Below are positions 1 through 12,740 of a stretch of 64,000 nucleotides of DNA, piece after piece (position 1 is the stretch's first letter; each line of letters opens with the position of its first letter). The stretch is from positions 31,498,001 through 31,562,000 of the forward strand of contig CM059433.1 of the NCBI GenBank assembly GCA_030390025.1, in the 5' to 3' direction. The stretch is from Squalus acanthias (taxonomy: Eukaryota). The notes beneath the pieces are model-generated. The model saw only the letters and a list, made by a program, of their open reading frames with translations, did no database searches and was not told the origin of the DNA. A program made the position numbers and the translations under genes.

Positions 1-107
1 CATTCATTTCTGTTGAGCGTGCACCTGCTTCCCGTCCAGCCAGGTGCACAGTCACACATTCTCCGTGTGTCCTCACTCAGGAAACAGCGACCACCATTTG
101 CACACGG
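1..107 (-). CDS. EYS: EGF-like exon of eyes shut homolog (runs off window start)
   Basis: Minus strand reads ...cctatag|CCG TGT GCA AAT GGT GGT CGC TGT... = [38 protein letters not shown] acceptor at 108-109, phase 0, matching the donor of the 21087 exon. Resembles human EYS 'ICANGCSCLSEEDSQEY...RWAG' as recalled. Not in the ORF track. Confidence 0.85.
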
Positions 108-342
108 CTATAGGACATTACCGGACCGGGGGGTGGGGTTGGGGAGCGGGGGTGGTGGTGGGGAGGCGGAGGGGAGAAAAAAATACACACACATATAAGG
201 GTGGTTGATAAGATTATGCATTACATTTTGATTATTTCATAACATGACAGCATTTTAATGCTGATATGAGAAACAGCAAAACAGATGGCACTGTACAGTC
301 AGCCACTTACTTACGCCACATGTAGCATGGGATCAGGTGCTG

Positions 343-745
343 AAATGATAAAAATGATGGTGAACAATGTGAGTTATTAGGCGAGGAAGTGGTTTCCCAT
401 TTAGCTACAGGAGACGATGCACAGAGTGAATCTGAAACAGCAAATCAATATAAGTTGCCCTTCAGAAATATACTAATTCAAAGGAAACATAATAAGGTAC
501 CAATCAGACTTGGTCATATTCCATATCTCAAAATGCCACCAGGAAATTGTGCAAATATTCTCCACATTCTCCCTATTTTTCTTTTCAAATTGTAAGTCCT
601 TGATGATTTCTTGTGAGGTGAAAACAGAATTACGCGCAATGACAACTGTACAGCAAGTTACTCACAAAGATTTTTTTTACTTAAAACTAAAGAAGGTGTC
701 TGTTATCCTGCATATCAACATCAACCAAGGCCAGGATGTGATGCC
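343..745. repeat. Left arm of ~400-bp inverted duplication
   Basis: Reverse complement of 2951-3352 with only scattered substitutions; also visible as near-identical ORFs 510-764(+) and 2955-3185(-). Confidence 0.95.
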
Positions 746-1366
746 CACCCAGCTTAGCCAGTGAAGGCACCAAAAGCATTGAGGCATCTCATTCCGCTAA
801 CTTCTTTGTTTTGAGTGCATCTCTGGAGTGTTGGCACCATTCTCTTAGAAATATTGGGGGCAAACTTGGTCTTCAGTGAAAGCACGAAACAGGCGACAGC
901 TAATCGGTCTGGTGTCAAATAATGGAAAAAGAAAACCAGGCAGAGTGTGAGACAAGATGCCGATTCGCTATCGCTCATTTCACACTCCTGCTGCAGACCC
1001 ATTTGCTTTCAATGATATCAACTATCCAGCTGCCAAGGTCAACAGGAGTTATGCACTTATTATTTTGGGTGTAGTTAGTGAGAAGGCAGGTGCTGCTCTC
1101 TCTTTGTGGTCAAGGTGACGGACCACAAAATGAGGAAAGTATATTTTCTGAATTTACGCCTCCTATCCAAAAAGGCTGCCCCACACCATGGCCTGGAAAA
1201 CCGGGCGTGCTGCTGCCATTACAGCAACCCTTAAATGAGGGAGTGGGGGTGGTGATCGGTGGCTAGCAGGGGGGTCGGTAGCCGGGACGGGGAGCAATCA
1301 GTAGCTGGGGATTAGTGGCCAGGGGAGGTTGGGTTGCTAGTGGCCGGGGGAGGTAGCGATGAACGA

Positions 1367-2950
1367 ATAAAAAGCTAGTATCAGTAATGGTGACCATGAA
1401 ACTACCAGATTGTCAGAAAAACCCCATCTGGTTCACACATGTCCTTTAGGGAAGGAAATCTGCCGTCCTTACCCAGTCTGGCCTATAATGTGACTCCAGA
1501 CCCACAGCAATGTGGTTGACTCTTAACTGCCCTCTGAAATGGCTGAGCAAGTCACTCAATTGTACCAAACCGCTACAACAAAATCAGCACTGTGGGGGTA
1601 CCTTCACCACACGGACTGCAGTGTTTCAAGAAGGTGGCTCACCACCACCTTCTCAAGGGCAATAAATGCCAGTCTTGCCAGTGACACCCACATCCCGTGT
1701 AGGGGGTGGTGTGTAGGGGTCAGCCTCAACTCTGACTCAGTGAGCGTTCGAATCGCTCCCACGCCCCTGGTTCTAGACCTTGGACTTATTTAGGGGTTGT
1801 GAACAAAGATGCAGTAGACAACAGGTTCTGATGAAAGAATTTTGACTTTATTAAAAGAAAAAGGTAACAAACTTAAAACACTCTTAATGCTTAAACACAG
1901 GTTGGGGAACACATTGGTACAAGCGAGGGAAATAACATTAGGAGAATACTTCACCCCTCCCAATCCCACTTCACTAGCTAGGCTGGACTCTGGAGAACCA
2001 GGGATAATGCTCACCAAACGAATCCTTGACAGTTGAGAGTTAGGGTTTAGAGTCTTTTGAGTAAAAGGTTTCGTAAGGCTCTTGTTGCCGCAAGGTGTCC
2101 GATGGTCACTGAGGCAGTCACTCTGGTTTCTTCTTGCGTGTTGGTCTGCTTGAGAAGTTGTTGGCCTTCTTTGTTGAACTTCTTGCTGTAACTCTGCCTC
2201 TGTTTAAACTGTCTTCTTGCAGAACTGTGGAAACTGCCTTCTGCCTGCTTGTCCTGAACTCTGTAACTCCAGCCCTGACTTCTTGCTGAAAACAGGCTTT
2301 TCGATTGAACTGCAGAACTGCCTTCTGTTGAACTTGAACTGTAACTGTTTGATGGACCTTCAATTATACTAAATTGAAGTGGCCTTGTCAAAACCAAATC
2401 AAATCCTGCTCATTGTAAGACCTCGTTAACAGTAACGACTTTACTAAGTGTCAAATGGCTTGCGTCCTGTCGATCTCTTCGGTTGATTACAGGTGATTGG
2501 TTTTGTGTTTTGTGCTTCTAGGCTGGACTTGGGTTTTTCTATAGAATGGTCCGGAGTGATTTGAATTATGCATGATTTTGGTGGGTCTGTGATAGGTTTT
2601 AATGGGGCCTGTGTTTTGGGTAGGGCTGCCTTCTCCCAGGGTCTATTGTCCAAATGTTAATGCTTGCTGGGGCTTGAGTGAGGTCATCCCGATTCCCCAG
2701 ACAATGCAATTTAACTGCAATACCCAAAACTACTTTTACAGAGGTCGAACCCACCTCCTGTGCAGCCTTTTCTCCCTTACAGGTCCAGACATGTCTTTTA
2801 AAACGCCAAAACTTGGTTTTTGGTCTTAAATTCCTTATGTTAGGCCCAAATGCATTTTTATCACTCTGAGGTAGTTCCAAAGTCCTTTTTCCTTAGGTTT
2901 TGGGGATCTGCAAATTTTAAAAACCTTACACCCGTGAACGAATAAATTAA
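1367..2950 (+). mobile_element. Short (SINE-like) derivative of the tRNA-headed LINE family, split by a solo LTR (element = 1367-1697 + 2935-2950)
   Basis: 1367-1585 matches the 5' UTR of the LINE at 55360-56010(-). 1585-1697 and 2935-2950 match the same family's 3' tail (cagcactgtggg...aagggcaataaatgc...catcccg|tgaacgaataaa). Confidence 0.75.
1698..2930 (-). mobile_element. Solo LTR related to the provirus LTRs
   Basis: TG...CA ends, 4-bp TSD CCCG (1694-1697 / 2931-2934). 1750-2160 is the reverse complement of the 3' half of the 26006 LTR (e.g. ttgttcacaacccctaaataagtccaa; catcagaacctgt). AATAAA on minus at 1847-1852. Confidence 0.92.
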
Positions 2951-3352
2951 GGCATCACATCCTGGCCTTGGTTGATGTTGATATGCAGGATAACAGACAC
3001 TTCTTTAGTTTTAAGTAAAAAAAATCTTTGTGAGTAACTTGCTGTACGGTTGTCATTGCGCGTAATTCTGTTTTCACCTCACAAGAAATCATCAAGGACT
3101 TACAATTTGAAAAGAAAAATGGGGAGAATGTGGAGAATATTTGCACAATTTCCTGGTGGCATTTTGAGATATGGAATATGACCAAGTCTGATTGGTACCT
3201 TGTTATGTTTCCTTTGAATTAGTATATTTCTGAAGGGCAACTTATATTGATTTGCTGCTTCAGATTCACTCTGTGCATTGTCTCCTGTAGTTAAATGGGA
3301 AACCACTTCCTCGCCTAATAACGCATATTGCTCACCATCATTTTTATCATTT
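2951..3352. repeat. Right arm of ~400-bp inverted duplication
   Basis: Reverse complement of 343-745. Confidence 0.95.
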
Positions 3353-4924
3353 GGTACTGTAAGATAATTCAATATCTGGTCCATAGCTAGCCAAGGAGAA
3401 TTAAACTCCGAGGATAACGGAGGGTTTCTTTAACTTGCTACAAGTGTGACTTGTGTTATAATATCCTCTATATCAGCTGAACGTTATGAGAGCTAATAAA
3501 GGAGAAACGCAGCGACTTATTGACAGCATCTCAAATATTGCTCTATATTTTAGCAGTGCAGGCAGGCCCGTTGGAAGTCTAAAGCGTTATATGAATGAGC
3601 TCCAGGCTCACTATCACACGCAGAAAAGGTTTTCCCCGCTGACCAAATCACTCCACAAGAGGGGAAAAAAAATAAATCAACTTGACACACGTGGCTAAGG
3701 GGCTGAAAATTCAGGCCCTGCTCACGCAGGTTCGGTTGTTGCAGGCAGCAGCAAGCAAGCGGGCAAAGTTCCCGGGGGGATTTCCTTCCCACTCCTCTGC
3801 AATGTTTTCCTCACCAGCTGACAGTGTGGGGAAATCACAATCGGTGCTAGTGTTGAAGTGAAGGGAGAAACAGGCGACGTATTTCGGGTCTTGTAACCTG
3901 AGCAATTCGCCAACAGTATTAAACAGCCTTTCGAACAGATTAGGGCCTGGAGTTTCCTCCATGGGCCAAACCCAATGTTAGACCTGAAAATATGCCCAAT
4001 GTCACCCTCATTTTGCCGATGTCATGTTACACGCCAGTTTCCTCCCAATCTGATTAGGATACGCCCAAACTTAAAATGAGCGTAAATCAATGTAAACAAT
4101 CGGGGCCCAAGGAACCCACACCAGTATATTTCTTCTTCGAATCTTAAAATTTCGTTTTCAACTCATTTCACCATCATTCATGCACAGCAGACTAAAGAAA
4201 CTGCAATGTGGGAAGCTTTTCAATTTTTAATGTGACTTACTCTCATGCCACAAAAATGCATTAGAAGAAACAGAACATACCGAGCTGGTCTCGGTGAAAA
4301 TAAATATATTGAAATGCTCAAAAAATTGCAATTAAAAGATCAGAAAAAGAATCTTCTTTCCTGCATGCCTGAAAATCTGGTTGTAATGTTGAGAAAACTA
4401 TGGACAAGTGCAATTGGAGGATAGTCATGTTTGAGAGATGGGACGTGACCAGTTTTCTGGGTGGAGATTAGTTCGGACGGTGGGTTTGACGGACAGACGT
4501 TAAAGATCAAGGAGACTTGGGCATATTCTAGTTACGAGAGTAAATCACTTACGCCCAGAATGACACGTTCTTTTAAGCCACATAATTGGTTTGTGCCCAG
4601 ATTATGGGTGTCTCTTGGCGCCAATGCGGAGGAAACTCCAGGCCAGTATATTTGGGGCTTGATCCACATGAGTATCTGTTGATGTGAATCAATGTGGATC
4701 AAGCCCCTCTCCCTTCACTGGAACTTTAACTAGAGTCCTGTTGCAAATGCAAGTGATTCTAGCTGCTGCATACTGTAGTAAAAACAGGCTTCCTGGTGAC
4801 AGAATGCAGTGCAATCTATCTATTTATTAGCAGCACTCAGAAAGGAGAGGCACAGTGTTAAATGGCATTGCCATCCATTTACTCCCTTCCCCTAGGAATG
4901 GAGGGGAGAGATGGAGGAGGAAAA

Positions 4925-5570
4925 AATGGTGCCTTTCATCATCTCAGGATGTCCCAAAGAGCTTTACAGCCAATGAAGAACTTTTTGAAGTGTAGTCACT
5001 GTTGTAACGTGGAAAAAGCGGCAGCCAATTTGCACACAGTAAGCTCCCACAAACAGCAATGTGATAGTGACCAGATAATCTGTTTTAGTAATGTGAATTG
5101 AAGGATGAATATTGGCCAGGACATCAGAGGTAACTCCCCTGCTCTTCTTCGAAATAGTGTCATGGGATCTTTTACATTAACCTGAGGGGCCTCAGTTTAA
5201 CAACTCATCCAAAAGGACGATATCTCTAACAAAGTAGAATTCCCTCAGTACTGCACTGGAGTGTCAGCCTAGATTTTTGTGCTCAAGTCTCTGAAGTGGG
5301 ACATTTTTAATTTGTTTATGGGATGTGGGCATCGCAGGCAATGCCAGCATTCATTGCCCATCCCTAATTGCCCTTGAGAAGGTGGTGGTGAGCCGCCTTC
5401 TTGAACCGCTGCTGTCCATGTGATGAAGGCGCTCCCACAGTGCTGTTAGGTAGGGAGTTCCAGGATTTTGACCTAGCGACGATGAAGGATCGGCGATATA
5501 CTTCTATACTTGTACCCACAACCTTCTGACTCAGAGGTGAGAGTGCTACCAACTGAGCCATGGCAGACAC
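4925..5570 (-). mobile_element. tRNA-derived Deu-core SINE interrupted by a LINE 3' tail (~5305-5505)
   Basis: Reverse complement of the SINE at 12372-12740 and 50312-51275; tRNA-like head at 5510-5570. Confidence 0.75.
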
Positions 5571-6589
5571 ACAAGAAGAAATGGATTGGATTAAAGAAGG
5601 GGGGAAAAGGATGGCAATAATGGGAGAGGGAATGGGAATTGTATAGCAGGGAAGGGGAAACAGTAGAGGACAGGAGGAATGGATGACAATGAAGGAGGAA
5701 GAGCAGAGAAGCTAGGTGTGATACTTTTGGGGAGTGGAGAAAGGAGTTTGTCAGGGCTAACTAAGAGGGAGTGGGGGAGGAGAGTGCCAATTTGAAGTGA
5801 GACGTGGAAACATTGATAGCATGAACTAGGGGAGGAGAAGCAGAGTGCCAGCTTGAATTGAGGGAGTAGTGGGAGAAAAGAGAGCTGGTTTGACCTGGAG
5901 TTTGGAGAACAGGTAGCACCAGCTTTAATGAGGGTAAAATGTATACCAACTCGAACTGTGTTAGAGCGGGACAAGAGTGCCAGTTTTTTTGATTTTGTTT
6001 TCTAGCTTAGCATGTAAGGCTAGGGGCGAACAAGACCCCTTTTTCTGCCCATGAGACAAGTTCCCAATGGTTCTGGTGATCCCCATCCTAGATTTGGAAT
6101 AGCTGAAAGGAAAGCAAGCAGGGAAAATCAATGATCTCCAGTCCAGCACATGAAGTTTCTTATTTTTAGCATCTAATGGTTGCATTTTGTGAAAATATTT
6201 ACCAGCTCTGCCCCTGATCACCAGGCAGGTCAACGATTTGAGCGTTGATTCAACAATGCCTATTCTCTAGGTCATCCATCTTTGTATGCCAAGTCCTCAA
6301 CCAGGGAAGGAATTTTTAATTCTTTACAGGCCTTCTTCGCTCAGACAAAAATCTGTTTCATTGATTCATTCAACCTGGAACTCCGCATTCCCTATGTTTA
6401 TATTAATCTACTTGAAAGCCATTATGATATAATGGGATTTTGTTCCTACACCTGCATGAGAACCTTTTCAATCTCCTGCTTTTCTGTTACAAACCACTCG
6501 CTTGCCAACTGGATGTGGGGGGAGGGGATGGCGGGGGGAGCTATTTTTGTGTCAGTGATTGCTCCTTGATCTCTTAGCAGAAACTCAGA

Positions 6590-7337
6590 GGCCGTAATTT
6601 TAGTCGGAAGGTGGGTTTCCCGCAGGACCTGCCGAATTTAATGGCAGGGCCTGATTGTATTTGAAACCTCTGTTTCCCAACTTCAGTCAGTCGGATGGAA
6701 AGGCTGGCTGGTTGTGGGCGGGTAGGTCTGTGGCACTAAGGCCGCAGAGAGCATGGAGGGAGGGATCAAGTGGGGGCCTGTGGGGTGGGGGGGGGTGCGG
6801 TAGTCGGGGGCCGGAATCGAGCATCGGGGCGAGGGGGGGGGCAGGGAGGGAGAGAACATCAGGGACTGGCATCAAGGGATTGACGGGCGGGGGGGTGGGG
6901 GGGAGTGAACATCGAGGGGCCAGGAGAAGGACTGGGGTGTGGGGGGGAGGGAGGCCGGGAAGGCAATCGGAGGCCGGGGTTGGGGGGGATTCGTGGTCTC
7001 TGATCACGGGGGGTTGGTTAGGCAGGGACTCTGGATCCAGGAGGTAAGTGTAAAGGCACTTACCACCTGGATCCAGCAGTCCTCGCCTTCCATTAGGGTT
7101 TCCCAAGGCCTGCAAAACCCGACCAGCCACAGTTAAGTTTAAAATGGTGGTTAAAGCTCAAGCACACCAGCCTCATTATAATATTTAAATGTACGACACG
7201 CATTCTGGGAGCAGATTGGCTGGCCGGCCCCTGACCCGCCTCCTTTAAAAACCAGAAGTGGGTGGTTTGGAGGCGGGTTCTGGTCGGGATTCAGATTTAA
7301 CACTTTAACTTCCCACCTGACCCCAACCCACCCATTT
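6590..7337. mobile_element. GC-rich non-autonomous DNA transposon (MITE-like)
   Basis: Termini ggccgtaattttag ... taaaattcccc with G-rich interior, similar to the other Harbinger-type MITEs in the window. Confidence 0.55.
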
Positions 7338-7379
7338 TTGGGGGTTAAAATTCCCCGCTTGCGATCAAGCCCTACACCA

Positions 7380-7760
7380 CAGGCTTGAGCACATAATCTA
7401 CGCTGACAACTTCAATACATTACTGAGGGAGCACTGCACTTTTGGAGATACCGTCTTTAGGACCAAGGCTCCATCTGCCCTCTCAAGCGGATGTAAAAGA
7501 TCCCATGACACTAATTTGAAGAAGAGCAGGGGAGTTCACCCCTGTGTCCTGGCCAATATTTATCCCTCAACTAACATCACTAAAAAAATACAGATTATCC
7601 TGTCAGTTATCTTACTGGTGTTTGTGGGACCTGGCTCTGCACAAATCAGACAGCCATGTTTCACTACATCACAACAGTACAAAAGTACTTCATTGGCTGT
7701 GAAACACTTTGGAACATCCTGAGATCGTGAATGGTGTTCTATAAATGAAAGCACTTTCTT
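7380..7760 (+). mobile_element. Deu-core SINE (5' truncated)
   Basis: Core gtaaaagatccca...gtgtcctggccaatatttatccctcaa shared with the other copies. Confidence 0.75.
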
Positions 7761-8419
7761 TCTAGGAGAGTAGAGTTTGCCCTCAATTGCACATGATTTT
7801 TCAGCGTAATTTGCCTGAATTCGATGCAAAAGTACCGATCTGAGTTCAGTTTTGATCATCAAACGTGGAAGCTGTTGGCAAGTGAAGTTTATGCACTCCA
7901 CACATTTATTAGCTGCCAACCAATGCTAGCACAGCTGAAATAGCTAATCCTCTGTTCATACCTTCATATGATGACTTCCCATTAGTCACGGCACTGCACA
8001 ACAGACTGAACACCATCAAGCTTTATGCTTCTCCTGTGTATGACAATATCGCATATTTCAAAACCAGTAATGAAATCAGTGTGTGCCCACAGCCTCTCCA
8101 ACGCATGACTGAATACCATGCTGTACTGACTTGTTTGCCCTTAAGACACATCTGAATCATAACAGAAGCTTAAAAGAGATTTACAGGCACGCCAGTCACT
8201 TAAAAATTAACCCTTGGTGCGTGATTTTGCATTGACTATCCAAAACCTCTTTTGAAACTACTGCACAGCATAGGATAACCTATCCAAGTATTTATTCGGA
8301 TGAAGAATTCATACATTATTCATGAAGCTGTTGGAAAGATTAACGGTTTGAAATTTTAAATGTAAGTGTCATCCTTCGCTACTTGACAGACATGTGTGAA
8401 AGCAGAATAAAAGTGAGAT

Positions 8420-8940
8420 AACAACAACTTGCATTTATAAAGCGCCTTTAAATTTAAAATGTCCCACGGTGCTTTACAAAGGGGGAAGAGAAACTGCAAA
8501 AAACTAATGGATGCCAAGCCATGGTGGGAGAGCTGGGAGAGGTTACAAAAGTTTATTAATAAAAAAACTGCTTCTGAGTAGGGTTTTAAAGGTAGAGAAG
8601 GAAGTCGAGACGGAGAATGGTTACAAAGAGTAGGGTCGAGGTGGCAAAATTGCCACTCATGGTGGATTGAAGGGAAGGAGATGCACAAAATGTCAGAGTT
8701 GGAGGACCAAAGGGTGCAGAAGGAGGTATGTCTGGAGGAGGCTGTAAAGATAAGGACAGGGTAAGACCATGGAGGGATCTAAAGATGAGGAAGAGGATTT
8801 ATTTCAATGTGTTAAGGGACAGGGAGCCAATGTAGGTCAGCGGGGTGATGGGCGAGGGATAATCGTGTGGGACGACATAGAGGTGGCTGAGTTTTGGACA
8901 AGTTGGAGCTTATGAAGATGGAGGATGGGAGAATGACCTG
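8420..8940 (-). mobile_element. L2 LINE 3' fragment
   Basis: aacaacaacttgcatttataaagcgcc is the reverse complement of the tail of the L2 at 42793. Confidence 0.7.
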
Positions 8941-9080
8941 GAGTCAAGAGTGGTTAGAATGTGGAACTCGCTCCCACAAAGAGTAGTTGAGGCGAATAGC
9001 ATTGGTGCATTTAAGGGGAAGCTAGATAAAGACATGAGGGAGAAGGGAATAGAGGGATATGTTGATAGGGTTAGATGAAG

Positions 9081-10620
9081 GAGAAAGTAATGGGACTGAA
9101 AGCCAATAAATCCCCTGGACCTGATGGCCTACATCCTAGGGTTTTGAAAGAGGTGGCTACAGAGATAGTGGATGCATTGGTTGTCATTTTCCAAAATTCC
9201 ATAGATTCTAGAACAGTTCCCGTGGATTGGAAGGTAGCAAATGTAACCCCACTATTTAAAAAAGGAGGGAGAGAGAAAACGGGGAACTACAGACCAGTTA
9301 GCCTGACATCTGTAGAAGGGAAAATGCTGTAATCTATTATTAAGGACGTGGTAACAGGGCACTTAGAAAATAATAATAGGATTGGGAAGTGTCAACACGG
9401 ATTTATGAAAGGAAAATCATGCTTGACGAATCTGTTAAGAGTTTTTTGAGGTTGTAACGAGCAGAATAGATAAGGGGGAACCAGTGGATGTGGTGTATTT
9501 GGAGTTTCAGAAGGCATTCGATAAGGTGCCGCACAAGAGGTTATTAAACAAAATTAGGGCTCATGGGATTGGGGGTAATATACTAGCATGGATTGAGGAT
9601 TGGTTAATGGACAGAAAACAGAGAGTAGGAATAAACGGGTCATTTTCAGGTTGGCAGGCTGTAACTAGTGGGGTACCGCAAGGATCAGTGCTTGGGCCTC
9701 AGCTATTCACAATCTATATCAATGATTTGGATGAGGGGACCAAATATAATGTATCCAAGTTTGCTGATGATACAAAGCTGAGTGGGAACGTAAGTTGTGA
9801 GGAGGATGCAAAGAGGATTCAAGGGGATATAGACAAGCTAAGTGAGTGGGCAAGAACATGGCAAATAGAATATAATGTGGAGAAATGTGGAGTTATCCAC
9901 TTTGGTAGGAAAAATAGAAAAGCAGAGTATTTTTTAAATGGTGAGAGATTGGGAAATATTGGTGTTCAGAGGGACCTGGGTGTCCTTGTACATGAATCAC
10001 TGAAAGTTAACATGCAGGAACAGCAAACAATTAGGAAAGCAAATGGTATGTTAGCCTTTATTACAAAAGGATTGGAGTATAAGAGTAAAGAAGTCTTACT
10101 GCAATTATAAAGGGCCTTGGTGAGACCACACCTGGAGTATTGTGTACAGTTTTGGTCTCCTTACCTAAGGAAGGATATACTTGCCATAGAGGGAGTGCAA
10201 TAAAGGTTGACCAGACTGATTCCTGGGATGGGGGGATTGTTCTATGAGGAGAGATTGAGTAGACTAGGCCTATATTCTCTAGAGTTTAGAAGAATGAGAG
10301 GTGATCTCATTGAAACATACAAAATTCTTACAGGGCTTGACAGGGTAGATGCAGGGAGGATGTTTCCCCTGGCTGGGGAGTCTAGAACCAGGGGTCACAG
10401 TCTACCCCAGAGAGCTGTGGAGGCTCATTCGTTGAGTATATTCAAGACAGAGTTCGATAGATTTTTGGATATTAAGGGAATCAAGGGATATGGGGCTAGT
10501 GCAGGAAAGTGGAGTTGAGGTAGAAGATCAGCCATGATCTTATTGAATGGCGGAGCAGGCTCGAGGGGCCAAATGGCCTTCTCCTGCTCCTATTTATATG
10601 TTCTTATGTTCTTATGAAGA
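9081..10620 (+). mobile_element. CR1 LINE, 5'-truncated ORF2 (RT), nested in an older CR1 3' end (~8945-10715)
   Basis: KSPGPDGLHP, NYRPVSLTS, FQKAFDKVPH, GVPQGSVLGP, FADDTKL motifs; (ttcttatg)n tail; atgaag repeated at both junctions. Confidence 0.93.
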
Positions 10621-12371
10621 GTGGTGGGAGGAGGCTCGTGTGGAGCATAAACAACACCATGGATCTGTTGGGCCGAATGGCCTGTTTCTGTGCTGTAAAT
10701 ACTATGTAAGACAATGTAAGAGGAAACAAAGGTGTGAATAAGATGCAATTTAATATAAGATAGAACAAAAGTCCCAATATCTAATAGTACACTGAACAAA
10801 TCAGGGCCTGACTTAAAACTTTAGTTGCCACCAACAAAACGACATGAATCTGCCACGTGAACCAATGAGCCAAGCCCTGGCTGTAGGGGTACAACACATA
10901 GGTTGGCCTGATAAAGGGTCAACCTGCCTGTCTGATGCCTCCTTTATCAAATTGGTTTGCCCTGAACGCAACCGGTGATGGGTCAGCTGTGTGCAGGAAA
11001 ATCAGGTCTACATTCGGCCAAACCAGTGGTCCTGAAAGGGACCGCCACCAAAAAGGCAATTGTTTAAAGAATACTTACCTGAATGTGGAGACGGGAGGTG
11101 CAGGAGTGCTTTTCCACTCGCCAACCCCCCGGTCGCAACCCCAACGCCCCCATCACTACTTCGATGCCCCCCCGCCCCGATCATTTCCTCGACCCCACCA
11201 TCGCTACCTCAACCAGCCCTTCCAGATCAATACCTCAACCCCCATGTCACTGCCTCTACCCCCCGATCATTTTCTTGACACCCCGTCACTACCTCAAAAC
11301 CCCCTCCCGATTGTTACCTCGACCCTCCCATCACTACCTCGACCCCCCCCCTATCAATACCACAACCACCTCCTCCCTCCACCAACTCCTGATCACCCCC
11401 CTTCTCTTCACTGATGACATGGCTGTTCTTTGTAATTATATGTTCAGTATAATTCACATTCCAAATTGCTCCCCAACACTCCAGGAGCAGTCGATGGAGC
11501 AGCAGAGTGGTAAATGCGGATTAAAATTCTCAGAAAATTGTTTAGAGGCGTAGATTGTTCCTGATAGTTTGGGGTGAAAACTCAGCTCTTTTTCTGAGGA
11601 TACATTTCTTTACACATTACGGCACCGGCGGGGGGGGGGGGCGGGGAGTGGGAATTGGGGGAACAGTCACACCCCAATGGATATTGATGGCAGTTATTTA
11701 GAACAGTGGGTGCTTACATTTAAATAAAGGCAAAGAACTCAGTCAATATGTGTGCATGGTTGTCTGCATGTATCTTTAGCTACAGACACAGGTATGAGTG
11801 GCTCTAAGTAATTATGTAAGTACGTATGGGCTATATTTTTTCCTGTTTTCTAATTCCAGTCCAAAAACTAGACAAGTGTAAGGCACCATTCACATCATTA
11901 TCCTTGTTCCTATTTTTCTGTTAAAATTAGCAAATGGAGGAAAATATACTGCATGAGTGCAGATGTGAATTTGTGTAAGTCTGTGTTTGTTTATCGGTAC
12001 TTAACCCCATCCCACCAGAAATGCATGGCTGATTGAAAAGACACGAGATATGGTACTATGGGTCTCCACCGTTTTTCCATCCGTTATGCCCTATGAAAAG
12101 AAACTGGCCCTCCCACCCCATTTAGCACCACCACATGTCTTTCCCACACTGATCCTAGCTCCGGGAATATTTCGGAGCTGGAGAGCTCTGAATTTGGAGC
12201 ACACTCCATTTAATGAGATGCAGGGAGAAAATCTGCTGAGGGCCACACATTGAGGAGGAGATGGACAGATGTGGCCGACTACAAGGGCCAGGACAAGAAC
12301 TGAGTCGATCGGATGCGCAGAGGAGATGCAAATCATGGAATTACTTTCTGACTCCTCATTGTCGGTACACG

Positions 12372-12740
12372 GCAGTGCTGTACTGAGGGAGTGCTGCACC
12401 ATCAGAGGTGCCGTCTATTGGATGAGATGTTAAACCGAGGTCCCGTCTGCCCTCTCAGGGGGACGTAAAAGATCCCATGGCATTATTTTCAAAAAGGGCA
12501 GGGAAGTTCTTCTCAGTGTCCTGGGCCAATATTTATCCTTCAATCAACATCACTAAAAAACAGATTATCTGGTCATTTATCTCATTGCTGTTGTGGGAGC
12601 CTGCTGTGCACAAATTGGCTGCCACATCTTCTACATTACAACAGTGACTACACTTCAAAAGTACTTCATTGGCAGCAAAGTACTTTGGAATGTCCTGAGG
12701 TTGTGAGAGGTGCTATATAAATGCAAGTCTTTCTTTCTTC
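12372..12740 (+). mobile_element. Deu-core SINE
   Basis: ggtgccgtc..ggatgaga..aaaccgagg..aaagatcccatggca core plus L2-like tail ending tataaatgcaagtctttcttt. Confidence 0.8.

Noticed and set aside
389..764. Duplicated ORFs matching 2955-3384
   Set aside because: By-product of the inverted duplication; no recognisable protein and the frames differ at the ends.
6655..7136. Gly/Pro-rich ORFs on both strands
   Set aside because: G-rich interior of a MITE.
10935..11553. Long Pro-rich ORFs
   Set aside because: C-rich degenerate tandem repeat (catcactacctc..ccc units); low-complexity open frames.
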